Notes under the pieces: generated by a model
What the model was told of the DNA's origin: nothing
The model's input: only the letters and a program-made list of their open reading frames with translations
The model's database searches: none
Shown here: piece after piece, positions 19,652-30,263 of the stretch
Numbering within the stretch: the first letter of the stretch is position 1
Layout of the letters: the number at the start of each line of letters is the position of its first letter
Source: an uncultured cyanobacterium
GTDB taxonomy: Bacteria > Cyanobacteriota > Cyanobacteriia > PCC-6307 > Cyanobiaceae
DNA: 64,000 nt
Assembly: GCA_963697335.1 (NCBI GenBank)
Contig: CAVONQ010000018.1
Coordinates: forward strand, 320,001 to 384,000
Reading direction: 5' to 3'
Made by a program: the position numbers and the translations under genes

Positions 19652-20119
19652 ATGCCTGAGTCGCTCGCCTACGGCCTCAACTTCCTGCATCCGCTGATGA
19701 TGTGGAGCCTGCTCGGGCTGTCCGGTTACGGGCTGTTCCTGGGCATCAAGGCCAAGAAGCTGCGCACGGCCCCCGATGCCGAGACCCGCAAGCAGCTGAT
19801 CAAGGGCCAGTACGCCAAGCGCCATTTCCAGGTGGGCAGTGTGCTGCTGGCCCTGGTGGTGCTTGGCTGCTTCGGCGGCATGGCCGTCACCTACCTCAAC
19901 AACGGCAAGCTGTTCGTGGGTCCGCACCTGCTGGTGGGGATCGGCATGACCTCCATGGTGGCCCTGGCGGCCGCGCTCACCCCCCTGATGCAGCACGGCA
20001 ACCTGATCGCCCGCAAGGCCCACGTGGGGCTGAACATGCTGATGGTCACCCTGTTCCTGTGGCAGGCGGTGAGCGGCATGCAGATCCTCAACAAGATCTG
20101 GGAGAACCGCCCAGCCTGA
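19652..20119 (+). CDS. DUF4079-like membrane protein (His-containing helices)
   Basis: HPLMMW, RHFQVG, GKLFVGPHLLVG, ARKAHVGLN. Confidence 0.8.
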   Translation: MPESLAYGLNFLHPLMMWSLLGLSGYGLFLGIKAKKLRTAPDAETRKQLIKGQYAKRHFQVGSVLLALVVLGCFGGMAVTYLNNGKLFVGPHLLVGIGMTSMVALAAALTPLMQHGNLIARKAHVGLNMLMVTLFLWQAVSGMQILNKIWENRPA

Positions 20120-20128
20120 GCCGCCCGC

Positions 20129-20872
20129 TCAGAACTGGGCCCGCCGCCTGGGGGGGCGCTCCAGGCCGTGGCTGGCGTGGAAATCCTCCTGCACCTTCCA
20201 GGTGAGCTTGCGGGACACCTGGCGCACGATCTGGCGCAGCAGGCGCTCACCACTGCTCTGCACCAGGCCATCCGGCAGCAGGGTGATCACCCCGGGCAGC
20301 CGGATCCACACGCTCAGGGCCAGCTCCCAGCGCACCAGCGTGAGGGGCGCCTCCAGCTCGGCGGAGTTGTCAAGCCGCAGTGAGGCCTGGAAGTCCACGT
20401 CGTAGAGACCCTCGAGGCCGGTGTCTCCCGCCGGGATGGGCATCGTGAGAATCCGGTAGACCCCCTCGCTCTGGGGCAGCAGCTCCAGGGCGATGGTGGG
20501 CTCCACCTCGAAGCCGAAGTTGCCGAAGCGCCCCAGGGTGAGGCTGTAGCCATTGGCTCCGAGGGGAGTCACGGCCATCGGCGCGGCGCAGCGGCGGAAC
20601 CAGCCCTCGTGGCGGTCGAGATAGAGGGCAACCGCCTCGCTGGGCGCCCCCATCTCCATCAGATCGGCGAAGTTGCTCTGGTACAGACGCACCCTGCTGT
20701 CGTCGGACTGGCGCAGGGGTGGGACGTCGTCCCGGTGGGCCGACTCGAGAGGTGCTGTCGACAGGGGGGTGGACGACAACAGCGACGGACGCAACGACAG
20801 GTTCAACCGGAACCGGCTCGGCAGACCCGGGACCTGAGCGCGTGGCTCCAGCCCATGGATCACTGTGCTCAA
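20129..20872 (-). CDS. DUF1997-like protein
   Basis: HEGWFRRCAAPM, GRFGNFGFEVEP, LTWKVQEDFH; true start probably downstream of the ORF start. Confidence 0.8.
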   Translation of the reverse strand: MSTVIHGLEPRAQVPGLPSRFRLNLSLRPSLLSSTPLSTAPLESAHRDDVPPLRQSDDSRVRLYQSNFADLMEMGAPSEAVALYLDRHEGWFRRCAAPMAVTPLGANGYSLTLGRFGNFGFEVEPTIALELLPQSEGVYRILTMPIPAGDTGLEGLYDVDFQASLRLDNSAELEAPLTLVRWELALSVWIRLPGVITLLPDGLVQSSGERLLRQIVRQVSRKLTWKVQEDFHASHGLERPPRRRAQF

Positions 20873-20904
20873 GGTTCCACAGGAACCAATCTAGTGGCCC
20901 AGCC

Positions 20905-22131
20905 TCAGGCCTCGCTCAGCTCGATCAGCCGCTCGATCACCGCTTCCACGATCCGGTCCGGGGTGGAGGCCCCGGAGGTGATCCCCACCCGGATCGGTCC
21001 CTCCGGCAGGAAGGGCAACTCCTCGGTGAGTTCACCGCCCAGGGGCATGTGCTCAATGCGGTTGCCAGGACCGATGCGCTCGGGGGTGTCGATGTGGAAG
21101 GAGCGGATGCCTCGGCTTACGGCGATTTCCTGCAGATGGGTGGTGTTGGAGGAGTTGTAGCCGCCGATCACCACCATCAGGTCGAGGGGCTCATCCACCA
21201 GGGCGAACATGGCGTCCTGGCGCTCCTGGGTGGCATCGCAGATCGTGTTGAAGGCCAGGAAGTGCTCGTTCAGCTCGGCGGGGCCATGGCGCTGCAGCAT
21301 CGTGCGCTCCACCAGCCGGCCGATCTCCTCGGTCTCGCTCTTGAGCATGGTGGTCTGGTTGGCCACCCCGACCCGGATCAGGTCGCGGTCGGGATCGAAG
21401 CCCGGCGAGCAGGCCTTGGCGAAGCGGGCCATGAAGGCCTCCCGGGCGGCGGCCCGCTCCACGGCGCTGAGCTTCTGGCTGCCGAGCAGCACGTAGTCGC
21501 ACACCAGCTGCGCTTCAGCCAGGTCGAGCACCACCAGGTAGGTGCCGGCAAAGGAGCTGGTGGCCAGCGTTTCCTCGTGCTTCACCTTGCCGTGGATGAT
21601 CGAAGTGAAGGCATGCTTCTTGTGCTTCTCCACGGTGTTCCACACCTTCGAGACCCACGGACAGGTGGTGTCCACGATGTGGCAGCCGCGCTCGTTGAGC
21701 AGCTGCATCTCCTGCACCGTGGCGCCGAAGGCCGGCAGGATCACCACGTCGCCGCTGGCCACGTCGGAGAAGTCCTTCACACCCCCTTCCACGGCGATGA
21801 ACTGCACGTTCATGTCGCGCAGATGGTCGTTCACCGAAGGATTGTGGATGATCTCGTTGGTGATCCAGATCCGCTCGCTGGGGTAGTGCCGGCGGGTCTC
21901 GTAGGCCATCGCCACGGCGCGCTCCACACCCCAGCAGAAGCCGAAGGCCTCGGCCAGGCGCACGCTCAGCCGACCGCGCTGCAGCGCGTAGCCATTGCCC
22001 CGCAACTTGGCCACCAGATCGCTCTGGTAGGCCTGCTCGAGGCTGCCGGCCACCTCCTCGCCCAGGCCGAAGCCCCGGCGGTTGTAGCGCTCCGAATGGT
22101 GCAGGGATCGCTTAAACGCACGGGTATCCAC
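20905..22131 (-). CDS. ispH: 4-hydroxy-3-methylbut-2-enyl diphosphate reductase
   Basis: [41 protein letters not shown] start. Confidence 0.97.
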   Translation of the reverse strand: MDTRAFKRSLHHSERYNRRGFGLGEEVAGSLEQAYQSDLVAKLRGNGYALQRGRLSVRLAEAFGFCWGVERAVAMAYETRRHYPSERIWITNEIIHNPSVNDHLRDMNVQFIAVEGGVKDFSDVASGDVVILPAFGATVQEMQLLNERGCHIVDTTCPWVSKVWNTVEKHKKHAFTSIIHGKVKHEETLATSSFAGTYLVVLDLAEAQLVCDYVLLGSQKLSAVERAAAREAFMARFAKACSPGFDPDRDLIRVGVANQTTMLKSETEEIGRLVERTMLQRHGPAELNEHFLAFNTICDATQERQDAMFALVDEPLDLMVVIGGYNSSNTTHLQEIAVSRGIRSFHIDTPERIGPGNRIEHMPLGGELTEELPFLPEGPIRVGITSGASTPDRIVEAVIERLIELSEA

Positions 22132-22213
22132 GGCGGCCCACAGCAGTGGCCGAACTCTATGGGCCCTCGCGCACGGTTGCCGAATTGCCGCAGCGGGGCC
22201 GTGGAGAGGGCTG

Positions 22214-22969
22214 TCAGAGCGGCTGGCGCGGCTCCACCTGCGCCAGTCCCTGCCAGTGGACGCCGCTGGCCGTGAAGCTGAACACGCAGGGCAGCACCTC
22301 CACGCCCGCCGCCAGGGCGGCCCGGAACAGCTCTCCATAGCGGGGATCGGCGGCATCCCCGGGGGCAAAGCGCTCCACGTCGCCCCGGCTCAGGCAGGGC
22401 AACAGCACCGCGCGGGCCCCCGGCAGCAGGGCCGTGAGCTCCACCAGGTGCTTCTGGCCCCGCTCGGTCACCGTGTCGGGAAAGAGGGCCAGCCGGCCCT
22501 GGGTCCAGGTGGTGTTCTTCACCTCCACGTAGATGGGGCGCAGATCGGCGGCCCCTGCCGCTGGCGTGAGCAGCAGGTCGATGCGGCTGCGGCGGTTCTG
22601 GCCATAGGGCACTTCGGCCCTGATGGCGCCGATTGGCCCGAGCTGGGGCTCCAGGCAGCCCGCCTCGATCGCCGCCCGCACCAGCCGGTTGGGCAGGGCG
22701 GTGTTGATGCCCACCCAGAGCGGCTTGCCGTCGGCGCCGTCCACCTCGGCCTGCTCCCAGGTCCAGGCCAGTTTGCGGCTGGGGGAGGGGGCATGGCGCA
22801 GTCGCACCCGCCCGCCGGGATGCAGCACCCCGGTCATGGGTCCGGTGTTGGGGCAATGGGCCGTCACCACGCTGCCGTCCTGCAGCTGCACGTCGGCCAG
22901 AAAGCGCTTGTAGCGCTTGAGCAGCACCCCCTCCACCAGGGGGCCCAGCTCCAGGATCAGCGGGGCCAT
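22214..22969 (-). CDS. sfsA: DNA/RNA nuclease SfsA
   Basis: [43 protein letters not shown]. Confidence 0.95.
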   Translation of the reverse strand: MAPLILELGPLVEGVLLKRYKRFLADVQLQDGSVVTAHCPNTGPMTGVLHPGGRVRLRHAPSPSRKLAWTWEQAEVDGADGKPLWVGINTALPNRLVRAAIEAGCLEPQLGPIGAIRAEVPYGQNRRSRIDLLLTPAAGAADLRPIYVEVKNTTWTQGRLALFPDTVTERGQKHLVELTALLPGARAVLLPCLSRGDVERFAPGDAADPRYGELFRAALAAGVEVLPCVFSFTASGVHWQGLAQVEPRQPL

Positions 22970-23044
22970 GGGGCGGTTGCCGGTGCGGCGAAGGGACGCC
23001 CGCCATACTGCCGCTCGAGCCGACGGGGCCAGGGGCCCGCATCC

Positions 23045-24667
23045 ATGCCCCAATCCCTGCGTCGCATTGCCCTGATCGTGGCCGCTGCCACGGCGATCAG
23101 CAAGGTGGCCGGCCTGGTGCGCCAGCAGGTGATCGCCGCCTCCTTCGGGGTGGGCGTGGCCTACGACGCCTACAACTACGCCTATGTGCTGCCGGGCTTC
23201 CTGCTGATCCTGCTGGGCGGCATCAACGGTCCGTTCCACAGCGCCATGGTGAGCGTGCTGGCGCGGCGGCCCCGCCAGGAGGGCGCCCACGTGCTCGCGG
23301 CCATGAACACCCTGGTGGGCGCCGGCCTGCTGGTGGTGACCGTGCTGCTGCTCGTGGCAGCTGGCCCGCTGATCAGCCTGGTGGGGCCGGGCCTCGATGC
23401 CGAGCGCCACGCCATCGCCGTGGTGGAGCTGCGCTGGATGGCGCCGATGGCCCTGTTCGCCGGCCTGATCGGCCTGGGCTTCGGGGCGCTCAACGCGGCC
23501 GATGAGTTCTGGCTGCCCTCGGTGAGCCCGCTGCTCTCCAGCGTGGCGGTGATCGCCGGCCTGGGGCTGCTCTGGTGGCAGCTGGGGCCGGCCATCACCC
23601 TGCCGGAAAACGCCCTGATCGGTGGCGTGGTGCTGGCGGGCAGCACCACCCTGGGAGCTGTTCTGCAGTGGCTGATCCAGCTGCCGGCCCTGGCGCGCCA
23701 GGGGCTGCACCGCTTCCGGCTGGTGTGGGACTGGAAGGATCCCGGCGTGCGGGAGGTGCTGCAGGTGATGGGTCCGGCCACCCTCTCCTCCGGCATGTTG
23801 CAGATCAATGTGTTCGTGTCGCTGTTCTTCGCCTCGGGAATCCCGGCGGCGGCGGCGGGGCTCGGCTACGCCAACCTGCTGGTGCAGACCCCCCTGGGGC
23901 TGATCTCCAACGCTCTGCTGGTGCCGCTGCTGCCGGTCTACGCCAGGCTCACCGCTCCCCAGGACCGCCCCGAGCTGGTGGCGCGCATCCGCCAGGGACT
24001 GATGCTCTCCAACGCTTCGATGCTGCCGCTCGGGGCGCTGATGACCGCCCTGGCGGTGCCGATCGTGGCCCTCGTCTATGAGCGGGGGGCCTTCGATGCC
24101 GGAGCCGCCACCCTGGTGGGCCACCTGCTGATGGCCTACGGCATCGGCATGCCGGCCTACCTGGCCCGGGATGTGCTGGTGCGGGTGTTCTATGCCCTGG
24201 GCGACGGCGTCACTCCCTTCCGCTGGTCCTTGGCGGGGATCGGCCTCAATGCCATCTTCTGCTGGGCCTTTGTGGGGGGCCCCGTCCCCGGGGGCGGCCA
24301 GCTGCTGCCGGGGCTCTATGCCGGTGCCGCCGGGCTGGTGCTGGCCACCGTGGCCGTGAACCTGATCACCTGTGCCGCCCTGTTGCTGGCGCTGCAGGTG
24401 CGGCTCAACGGCCTGCCCCTGTGGCGCTGGGGACGCGACACCGCCCTGCTGCTGGCCGCTGCCGTGGCGGGTGCCGTGGCGGCGCGGGCCCTGGCCCTGC
24501 TGGTGGGCTGGCCCGACAGCCTGGTCGGCAGGGCCCTGCAGGTGGGCCTGAGCAGTGGGCTGGGGTTGCTCGTGTACGCCGCCCTCTCCCACTGGGCCAG
24601 GGTGCCCGAGGCCCAGCAAGTGGTGAACCAGCTGGGCCGCCGCCTGAGCTGGCCTCGCCGTCGCTGA
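23045..24667 (+). CDS. murJ: Lipid II flippase MurJ/MviN
   Basis: SKVAGLVRQQVIA, GGINGPFHSA, YERGAF, FYALGDG. Confidence 0.95.
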   Translation: MPQSLRRIALIVAAATAISKVAGLVRQQVIAASFGVGVAYDAYNYAYVLPGFLLILLGGINGPFHSAMVSVLARRPRQEGAHVLAAMNTLVGAGLLVVTVLLLVAAGPLISLVGPGLDAERHAIAVVELRWMAPMALFAGLIGLGFGALNAADEFWLPSVSPLLSSVAVIAGLGLLWWQLGPAITLPENALIGGVVLAGSTTLGAVLQWLIQLPALARQGLHRFRLVWDWKDPGVREVLQVMGPATLSSGMLQINVFVSLFFASGIPAAAAGLGYANLLVQTPLGLISNALLVPLLPVYARLTAPQDRPELVARIRQGLMLSNASMLPLGALMTALAVPIVALVYERGAFDAGAATLVGHLLMAYGIGMPAYLARDVLVRVFYALGDGVTPFRWSLAGIGLNAIFCWAFVGGPVPGGGQLLPGLYAGAAGLVLATVAVNLITCAALLLALQVRLNGLPLWRWGRDTALLLAAAVAGAVAARALALLVGWPDSLVGRALQVGLSSGLGLLVYAALSHWARVPEAQQVVNQLGRRLSWPRRR

Positions 24668-24692
24668 CCGGCCAGGCCAGCCCGGGACTGAA

Positions 24693-24953
24693 TCAGGGCC
24701 TGGGCCCCACCTGGCGCTCCTCGCGCACCTGCAGCGGCAGCTCCAGATGGGAGCGACCCAGCAACTGGGGGCCCTGCACCGACACGATGCGGGCCTCGAT
24801 GCCGAAGTCGCGGAAGGCGGTTTCCAGTTCCTGGATCAGGGCCTTCTCGACCTGGGCCTCCGCATCCACCACCTTGCCGATCAGGCGGCTGCCCAGTTTG
24901 CCGATCCGCTTGCCGACGACATCGCGGGCATTGGTGACCTCAATCAGCAGCAC
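24693..24953 (-). CDS. Conserved hypothetical picocyanobacterial protein
   Basis: 86 aa ORF with strong coding codon bias (IEVTNARDVV...FGIEARIVSV). Confidence 0.75.
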   Translation of the reverse strand: MLLIEVTNARDVVGKRIGKLGSRLIGKVVDAEAQVEKALIQELETAFRDFGIEARIVSVQGPQLLGRSHLELPLQVREERQVGPRP

Positions 24954-25006
24954 GGCCCATGGGCATGGGGCGCAACCTTATCGGCCTTCATCGCAAAACG
25001 GCCCAT

Positions 25007-25297
25007 CTAGCTGCAAAAGGGTTCGAGCACGTCTTCCAGATCCCGCAGCTGCCCGGGGGGCACCAGCCGGGCCAGGGGCAGGCGGGTGCTGCCACCGCCG
25101 ATCGGCACCTGCACGGCCTCCAGGGCCTGGCGGGCACACACGCCACTGCCGGCGTCGAGCCGGGCCGCGCACTCGATGGCCAGGGTCTGGGCCAGGCCGG
25201 CATCGCCCAGGTAGAGGTGCCAGCCGGCCACCTGCAGGTAGAGCCGGTCGGCCAGGGCGAGTTCCAGGTCCTTCAGTTCACTGGCGGAGAGACTCAT
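25007..25297 (-). CDS. DUF3181-like protein
   Basis: LYLQVAGWHLYLGDAGLA, VPIGGG. Confidence 0.8.
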   Translation of the reverse strand: MSLSASELKDLELALADRLYLQVAGWHLYLGDAGLAQTLAIECAARLDAGSGVCARQALEAVQVPIGGGSTRLPLARLVPPGQLRDLEDVLEPFCS

Positions 25298-25533
25298 GCT
25301 TCAGGGCTCGGACGCATGGCGATCACCACCCCAATGTGCATCAGCAGGCCCGTCAGCCAGAGAAGGCTCACCAGGTTGAGGTGCGTCCAGGGGTGACGCA
25401 GCTCCTGCACCACCCAGAGGCCGCTGTTGATCGCAGCAAACAGGGCGGCGTGCAGGGTGAGGTTCACGATCCGCTCGAAGTGCCGGAAGGTGGGGTCTTC
25501 CGGGTTGGAGGGGCCGTACCAGCGGATGGGCAT
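25294..25533 (-). CDS. Small two-TM-domain protein
   Basis: DPTFRHFERIVNLTLHAALFAAINSGLW; ATGA overlap with the downstream gene. Confidence 0.8.
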   Translation of the reverse strand: MPIRWYGPSNPEDPTFRHFERIVNLTLHAALFAAINSGLWVVQELRHPWTHLNLVSLLWLTGLLMHIGVVIAMRPSPEA

Positions 25534-25604
25534 GGGAGAGCTCTGGAGGATCAGGGGCGGACCGATTGACGGATGGGCCCTCCGTGCGCTGAGAATGGTG
25601 CCAT

Positions 25605-25678
25605 GCGCTTGTAGCTCAGCGGATTAGAGCATCTGACTACGGATCAGAGGGTCGGGAGTTCGAATCTCTCCAGGCGCG
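25605..25678 (+). tRNA. tRNA-Arg(ACG)
   Basis: Acceptor GCGCTTG/CAGGCGC, anticodon arm TCTGA-CTACGGA-TCAGA, T-loop TTCGAAT. Confidence 0.97.
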
Positions 25679-25694
25679 CTTCTCAGACCACCCT

Positions 25695-25722
25695 GCCCCG
25701 GCCTTGCCGGGGCTCTTTTTTT
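25695..25722 (+). terminator. Intrinsic terminator after tRNA-Arg
   Basis: GCCCCGGC-CTT-GCCGGGGC hairpin followed by TCTTTTTTT. Confidence 0.9.
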
Positions 25723-25828
25723 GGCTTCTCCCCTCGGCGCGGCGGGCGCCCACCGCTGACGTGTCTTTACGATCAGCGCAAGACCCAGGACTGCTCCAAT
25801 GGCCGACCCCGCGCGTGCTGCCTCCGTG

Positions 25829-27112
25829 ATGGCCATGGCCGCCAGCCACAACCAAACCCTGGCGGCCGCCGACCCCGCCATCGCCGCCCTGATCGGCAAG
25901 GAGCTGGAGCGTCAGCAGACCCACCTCGAGCTGATCGCCTCGGAGAACTTCACCTCCCGCGCCGTGATGGAGGCCCAGGGCTCGGTGCTCACCAACAAGT
26001 ACGCCGAGGGCCTGCCCTCCAAGCGCTACTACGGCGGCTGCGAGCACGTGGACGCCATTGAGGAGCTGGCGATCCAGCGGGCCAAGCAGCTGTTCGGCGC
26101 TGCCTGGGCCAACGTGCAGCCCCACAGCGGCGCCCAGGCCAACTTCGCCGTGTTCCTGGCCCTGCTGCAGCCCGGGGACACGATCCTGGGCATGGACCTC
26201 AGCCACGGCGGCCACCTCACCCACGGCTCGCCGGTGAACGTGAGCGGCAAGTGGTTCAAGGCCGTCCATTACGGCGTGGACCCCCAAACCCAGCAGCTCA
26301 ACTTCGACACCGTGCGCCAGCTGGCGCTGCAGCACCGGCCGAAGCTGATCGTGTGCGGCTATTCCGCCTACCCCCGCAGCATCGACTTCTCGGCCTTCCG
26401 CGCCATCGCCGATGAGGTGGGTGCCTTTCTGCTCGCCGACATGGCCCACATCGCCGGCCTGGTGGCCGCCGGCGTGCACGCCAACCCCGTTCCGGTCTGC
26501 GATGTGGTGACCACCACCACCCACAAGACCCTGCGCGGCCCCCGCGGCGGCCTGATCCTCTGCCGCGACGCCGAGTTCGGCAAGCGCTTTGACAAAGCGG
26601 TGTTCCCGGGTAGCCAGGGCGGCCCGCTGGAGCACGTGATCGCCGCCAAGGCGGTGGCCTTCGGTGAAGCCCTGCTGCCCTCCTTCCGCACCTATAGCGA
26701 GCAGGTGGTGCTCAATGCCCAGGCCCTGGCCCGGCGCATCCAGGAGCGGGGCATCGCCGTGGTCAGCGGCGGCACCGACAACCACCTGGTGCTTCTGGAC
26801 CTGCGCAGCATCGGCATGACCGGCAAGGTGGCGGACCTGCTGGTGAGCGACGTGCACATCACCGCCAACAAGAACACGGTGCCCTTCGATCCCGAGTCCC
26901 CCTTCGTCACCAGCGGCCTGCGGCTCGGCACCGCCGCCTGCACCACCCGCGGCTTTGATGCCGAGGCCTTTGTGGAGGTGGCGGACGTGATCGCCGACCG
27001 CCTGCTCAACCCCGATGATGTGGCGACCGAGGAGCGCTGCCGTCAGCGCGTGGCCGCGCTCTGCGCGCGCTTCCCCCTCTATGCCCCCGCCCGCGAGCTG
27101 CAGCCGGTCTGA
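25829..27112 (+). CDS. glyA: Serine hydroxymethyltransferase
   Basis: [36 protein letters not shown]. Confidence 0.98.
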   Translation: MAMAASHNQTLAAADPAIAALIGKELERQQTHLELIASENFTSRAVMEAQGSVLTNKYAEGLPSKRYYGGCEHVDAIEELAIQRAKQLFGAAWANVQPHSGAQANFAVFLALLQPGDTILGMDLSHGGHLTHGSPVNVSGKWFKAVHYGVDPQTQQLNFDTVRQLALQHRPKLIVCGYSAYPRSIDFSAFRAIADEVGAFLLADMAHIAGLVAAGVHANPVPVCDVVTTTTHKTLRGPRGGLILCRDAEFGKRFDKAVFPGSQGGPLEHVIAAKAVAFGEALLPSFRTYSEQVVLNAQALARRIQERGIAVVSGGTDNHLVLLDLRSIGMTGKVADLLVSDVHITANKNTVPFDPESPFVTSGLRLGTAACTTRGFDAEAFVEVADVIADRLLNPDDVATEERCRQRVAALCARFPLYAPARELQPV

Positions 27113-27179
27113 GCCGCCCACCTGCCCGTAATGTGGCGCTCTACGCCCTGCCCCCAGGCGCCCGCGTCGGCTCGCTGTC

Positions 27180-28283
27180 GTGACTCTTGCCTACAGCCCC
27201 AACGCTGCAGCGCTGCTCACCTTTGCCGTGGCTGCCGTGCTCACCGCCCTGGTGGTGCCGGTGGTGCGGCGCCTCGGACTGCGCTGGGGGCTGATCGACG
27301 CCCCCGATGCCCGCAAGCAGCACACCACGCCGATGGTGCGGCTTGGGGGGATCGGCATCGTGATCGCCTTCAGCCTGGCCCTCGCCCTCACCTGGCAGCT
27401 CGGGGGCTTCGCCCAGCTGGAGGCCAGCAAGGATGCCCTGATCTGGACCACCCTCGGGGGCTCGCTCTGTTTCTTCGTGATCGGTCTGGCGGACGATCTG
27501 TTCGCCCTGCCGCCCTTGCCGAGGCTGCTGGGCCAGCTGCTGGTGTCGACGGCGGTGTGGCTGGAGGGGGTGCGGATCGGCAGCATCGATCTGCCCTTCG
27601 GCTGGATGGGGGCACCCTCCGCCGTGCTGCAGCTGCCTGACTGGCTGAGCCTGCTGGCCACGCTGGTGTGGCTGGTGGGCATCACCAATGCGATCAACTG
27701 GCTCGATGGCCTCGATGGCCTGGCCGCCGGGGTGAGCGGCATCGCTGCGGTGGGTCTGCTCTCGGTGAGCTTCAGCCTGGATCAACCTGCCGCCGGCCTG
27801 CTGGCCGCTGCCCTGGCCGGCAGCTGCCTCGGCTTTCTGCGCCACAACTTCAACCCCGCCCGCATCTTCATGGGGGATGGCGGCTCCTACTTCCTGGGCT
27901 TTGCCCTGGCCGCTGTGAGCATCGTGGGGCCGGCCAAGGGGCTCACCAGCGTCAGCCTGCTGCTGCCGCTGCTGATCCTCTCGCTGCCCCTGGCCGACAT
28001 GTCGGCGGTGATCATGGGCCGCCTCAGTGAGGGCCACTCGCCCTTCTATCCCGATCGCCGCCACCTGCACCACCGCCTGCTGCGCACGGGCCTGAGCCAT
28101 CGCCGCACCGTGCTGCTGATCTATGCCTTCACCCAGTGGCTGGCCTCCCTGGCCCTGGTGCTGGTGAATGCCGAGATGCGCTTCCTCTGGCTCGCCCTGG
28201 CCACGGCGGTGCTGATCTGGGTTCTGGTGACCACCCGCCGTGCCTTGCAGCGCCAGGACAGGCCCACGGCTCCGCTGCGATGA
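27180..28283 (+). CDS. MraY/WecA/TagO family glycosyltransferase 4 (undecaprenyl-P GlcNAc-1-P transferase)
   Basis: [39 protein letters not shown]. Confidence 0.92.
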   Translation: MTLAYSPNAAALLTFAVAAVLTALVVPVVRRLGLRWGLIDAPDARKQHTTPMVRLGGIGIVIAFSLALALTWQLGGFAQLEASKDALIWTTLGGSLCFFVIGLADDLFALPPLPRLLGQLLVSTAVWLEGVRIGSIDLPFGWMGAPSAVLQLPDWLSLLATLVWLVGITNAINWLDGLDGLAAGVSGIAAVGLLSVSFSLDQPAAGLLAAALAGSCLGFLRHNFNPARIFMGDGGSYFLGFALAAVSIVGPAKGLTSVSLLLPLLILSLPLADMSAVIMGRLSEGHSPFYPDRRHLHHRLLRTGLSHRRTVLLIYAFTQWLASLALVLVNAEMRFLWLALATAVLIWVLVTTRRALQRQDRPTAPLR

Positions 28284-29560
28284 CCTCCGTCCCTGGCGGC
28301 ATTCCCCAGCCGGGCAGTGCCGAGATCCTCTGCATCGGCACCGAACTTCTGCTCGGCACGATCACCAATGGCAATGCCCGCTGGATCGCCGAACAGCTGG
28401 CCGTGCTCGGTGTGCCCCATCTGCGTCAGGAGGTGGTGGGGGACAACCGCGAGCGGCTGATGGCCGCCGTGCAGCAGGCCTCGCGCCGCTGCCGCATCCT
28501 GATCACCACCGGCGGCCTCGGCCCCACCCCCGATGACCTCACCACCGAGGCCATCGCCGCGGCCTTCGCCACCCCCCTGCAGGAGCGGCCGGAGGTGTGG
28601 GCCGACATCACCGAGAAGGCCCGCAGCCGCGGCCGGGAGCTGTCGCCCAGCCTGCGCCGCCAGGCCCTGCTGCCGAAGGGCGCGGCGGTGCTGCCCAACC
28701 CCACCGGCACAGCGGCCGGCATGATCTGGAGCCCCCTGCCGGGCTTCACGGTGCTCACCTTTCCCGGGGTGCCAAGTGAAATGAAGGCGATGTGGCAGGC
28801 CACGGCGGCCCCCTGGCTGCGGCAGGCGGGCCTCTCCCAGGGGGTGTTCGCCAGCCGGCTGCTGCGGTTCTGGGGCGTGGCCGAATCGACCCTCGCCGAG
28901 CAGGTGGGCGACCTGCTGACGGGCAGCAACCCCACCGTGGCCCCCTACGCCGGCGCCGGCGAGGTGAAGCTGCGGATCACGGCCCGGGCGGCGTCGCCAC
29001 AGCAGGCCTCCACCCTGCTGGCGCCGGTGGAGGCGGAGATCCGCCGGCGCGCTGCTGAGGCCTGCTTCGGCGCCGACGACGACAGCCTGGCCTCGGTGGT
29101 GCTGGCGGCCCTGCAGCGCCGGGGCGAGAGTCTCGCCGTGGCGGAGAGCTGCACGGGGGGCGGCCTCGGCGCCGCCTTGGCGGCCATCCCCGGGGCCTCC
29201 GCGGTGTTCCTCGGTGGGGTGATCGCCTACGCCAACGCGGTCAAACAGGGGGTGCTGGGGGTCCCGGCGGAGCTGCTGGAGCGCCACGGGGCGGTGAGTG
29301 ATCCGGTGGCGGCGGCGATGGCGGAGGGAGCCTGCAGGCTCACTGGTGCCCACTGGGGGGTGGCCGTGAGCGGCATCGCCGGTCCAGGGGGCGGCAGCGT
29401 GGAGAAGCCCGTGGGGCTGGTGCACATCGCCGTGGCGGGCCCCGATGGCACCCACAGCGCCGCGGTGCGCTTCGGCAGCAGCCGTGGCCGCTCCTGGATC
29501 CAGACCCTCACCACGGGAGAGGCGCTCGATCGGCTGCGCCGGCGCCTGGCCGCCGGCTGA
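28280..29560 (+). CDS. cinA: Competence/damage-inducible protein CinA (MoCF-like plus PncC domain)
   Basis: [41 protein letters not shown] overlap with the upstream gene. Confidence 0.95.
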   Translation: MTSVPGGIPQPGSAEILCIGTELLLGTITNGNARWIAEQLAVLGVPHLRQEVVGDNRERLMAAVQQASRRCRILITTGGLGPTPDDLTTEAIAAAFATPLQERPEVWADITEKARSRGRELSPSLRRQALLPKGAAVLPNPTGTAAGMIWSPLPGFTVLTFPGVPSEMKAMWQATAAPWLRQAGLSQGVFASRLLRFWGVAESTLAEQVGDLLTGSNPTVAPYAGAGEVKLRITARAASPQQASTLLAPVEAEIRRRAAEACFGADDDSLASVVLAALQRRGESLAVAESCTGGGLGAALAAIPGASAVFLGGVIAYANAVKQGVLGVPAELLERHGAVSDPVAAAMAEGACRLTGAHWGVAVSGIAGPGGGSVEKPVGLVHIAVAGPDGTHSAAVRFGSSRGRSWIQTLTTGEALDRLRRRLAAG

Positions 29561-29618
29561 TCAATCCCCCTTACGGCGGCCGTCAAGCGGCACATCCGCT
29601 GATCTATGGCCCAAACAT

Positions 29619-29828
29619 GTGGTGTGCCGGCGCCTGGTCCCCCAGGCGTTCCGGCTCTACATCAACCACAGCCGCTGGTTTGCCCGTCGCAAGGTGGCTC
29701 GCAAGTGGGAGCGCTTCGAGCAGAGTCTGTTGGTCCGCTACCTGCACAATCCTTTTCCGGCCCACCTTCTGGGCCGCCTGCCTGCCCGGAAGGTGGCTCC
29801 CTCACAACCACAATGGCGAGCGCTTTGA
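29619..29828 (+). CDS. Possible small basic protein or gene remnant (69 aa)
   Basis: Run of host-like GC3 codons (CTG GTC CCC CAG GCG TTC CGG CTC TAC ATC AAC CAC AGC CGC); GTG start. Confidence 0.35.
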   Translation: MVCRRLVPQAFRLYINHSRWFARRKVARKWERFEQSLLVRYLHNPFPAHLLGRLPARKVAPSQPQWRAL

Positions 29829-29872
29829 CGGCCCTGGCCCCCAGGTGGCATCCTGGGCCCTTTGGTGCTGCG

Positions 29873-30175
29873 ATGCGGCTGTCGCTGCTGCTGGCTGCCG
29901 CGTTGCTGACTGCGGTGCAGGGCCAGGCCCGGGCCGCCGCCACGGACTGGCAGCGCTACCGCGACTTCTACCTCGGCGAAGGCCGCCCGCAGCTGCTGCG
30001 CTTCTGTGCCGTGTGGCGCGATGCCAATGCCCAGGGACACTCGCTCTGGGAGCCGGGGCTGGTGCGTCAACTCAACGCACCCCTGGCCCGGGATGGCTTC
30101 ACGGAGGCCCAGATCGATGCCATCACCGCCGGCCAGGTGGTGGCCATGAGCCAGGTCTGCACCGGCATCCGCTGA
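29873..30175 (+). CDS. Small secreted hypothetical protein with two Cys
   Basis: Signal peptide [26 protein letters not shown]...QVCTGIR. Confidence 0.7.
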   Translation: MRLSLLLAAALLTAVQGQARAAATDWQRYRDFYLGEGRPQLLRFCAVWRDANAQGHSLWEPGLVRQLNAPLARDGFTEAQIDAITAGQVVAMSQVCTGIR

Positions 30176-30263
30176 ACAGGGAAGCCGCTACAGGCCGGGC
30201 TCGAGCCCCTGGCAGGGGAAAGCCATTGACTACCCTGGTCCATTGCGCCTCAAGAGGGATCCG

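Noticed and set aside
6549..25722. tRNAs as integration sites for a genomic island
   Set aside because: No integrase and no duplicated tRNA 3' end seen; flanking genes are core.
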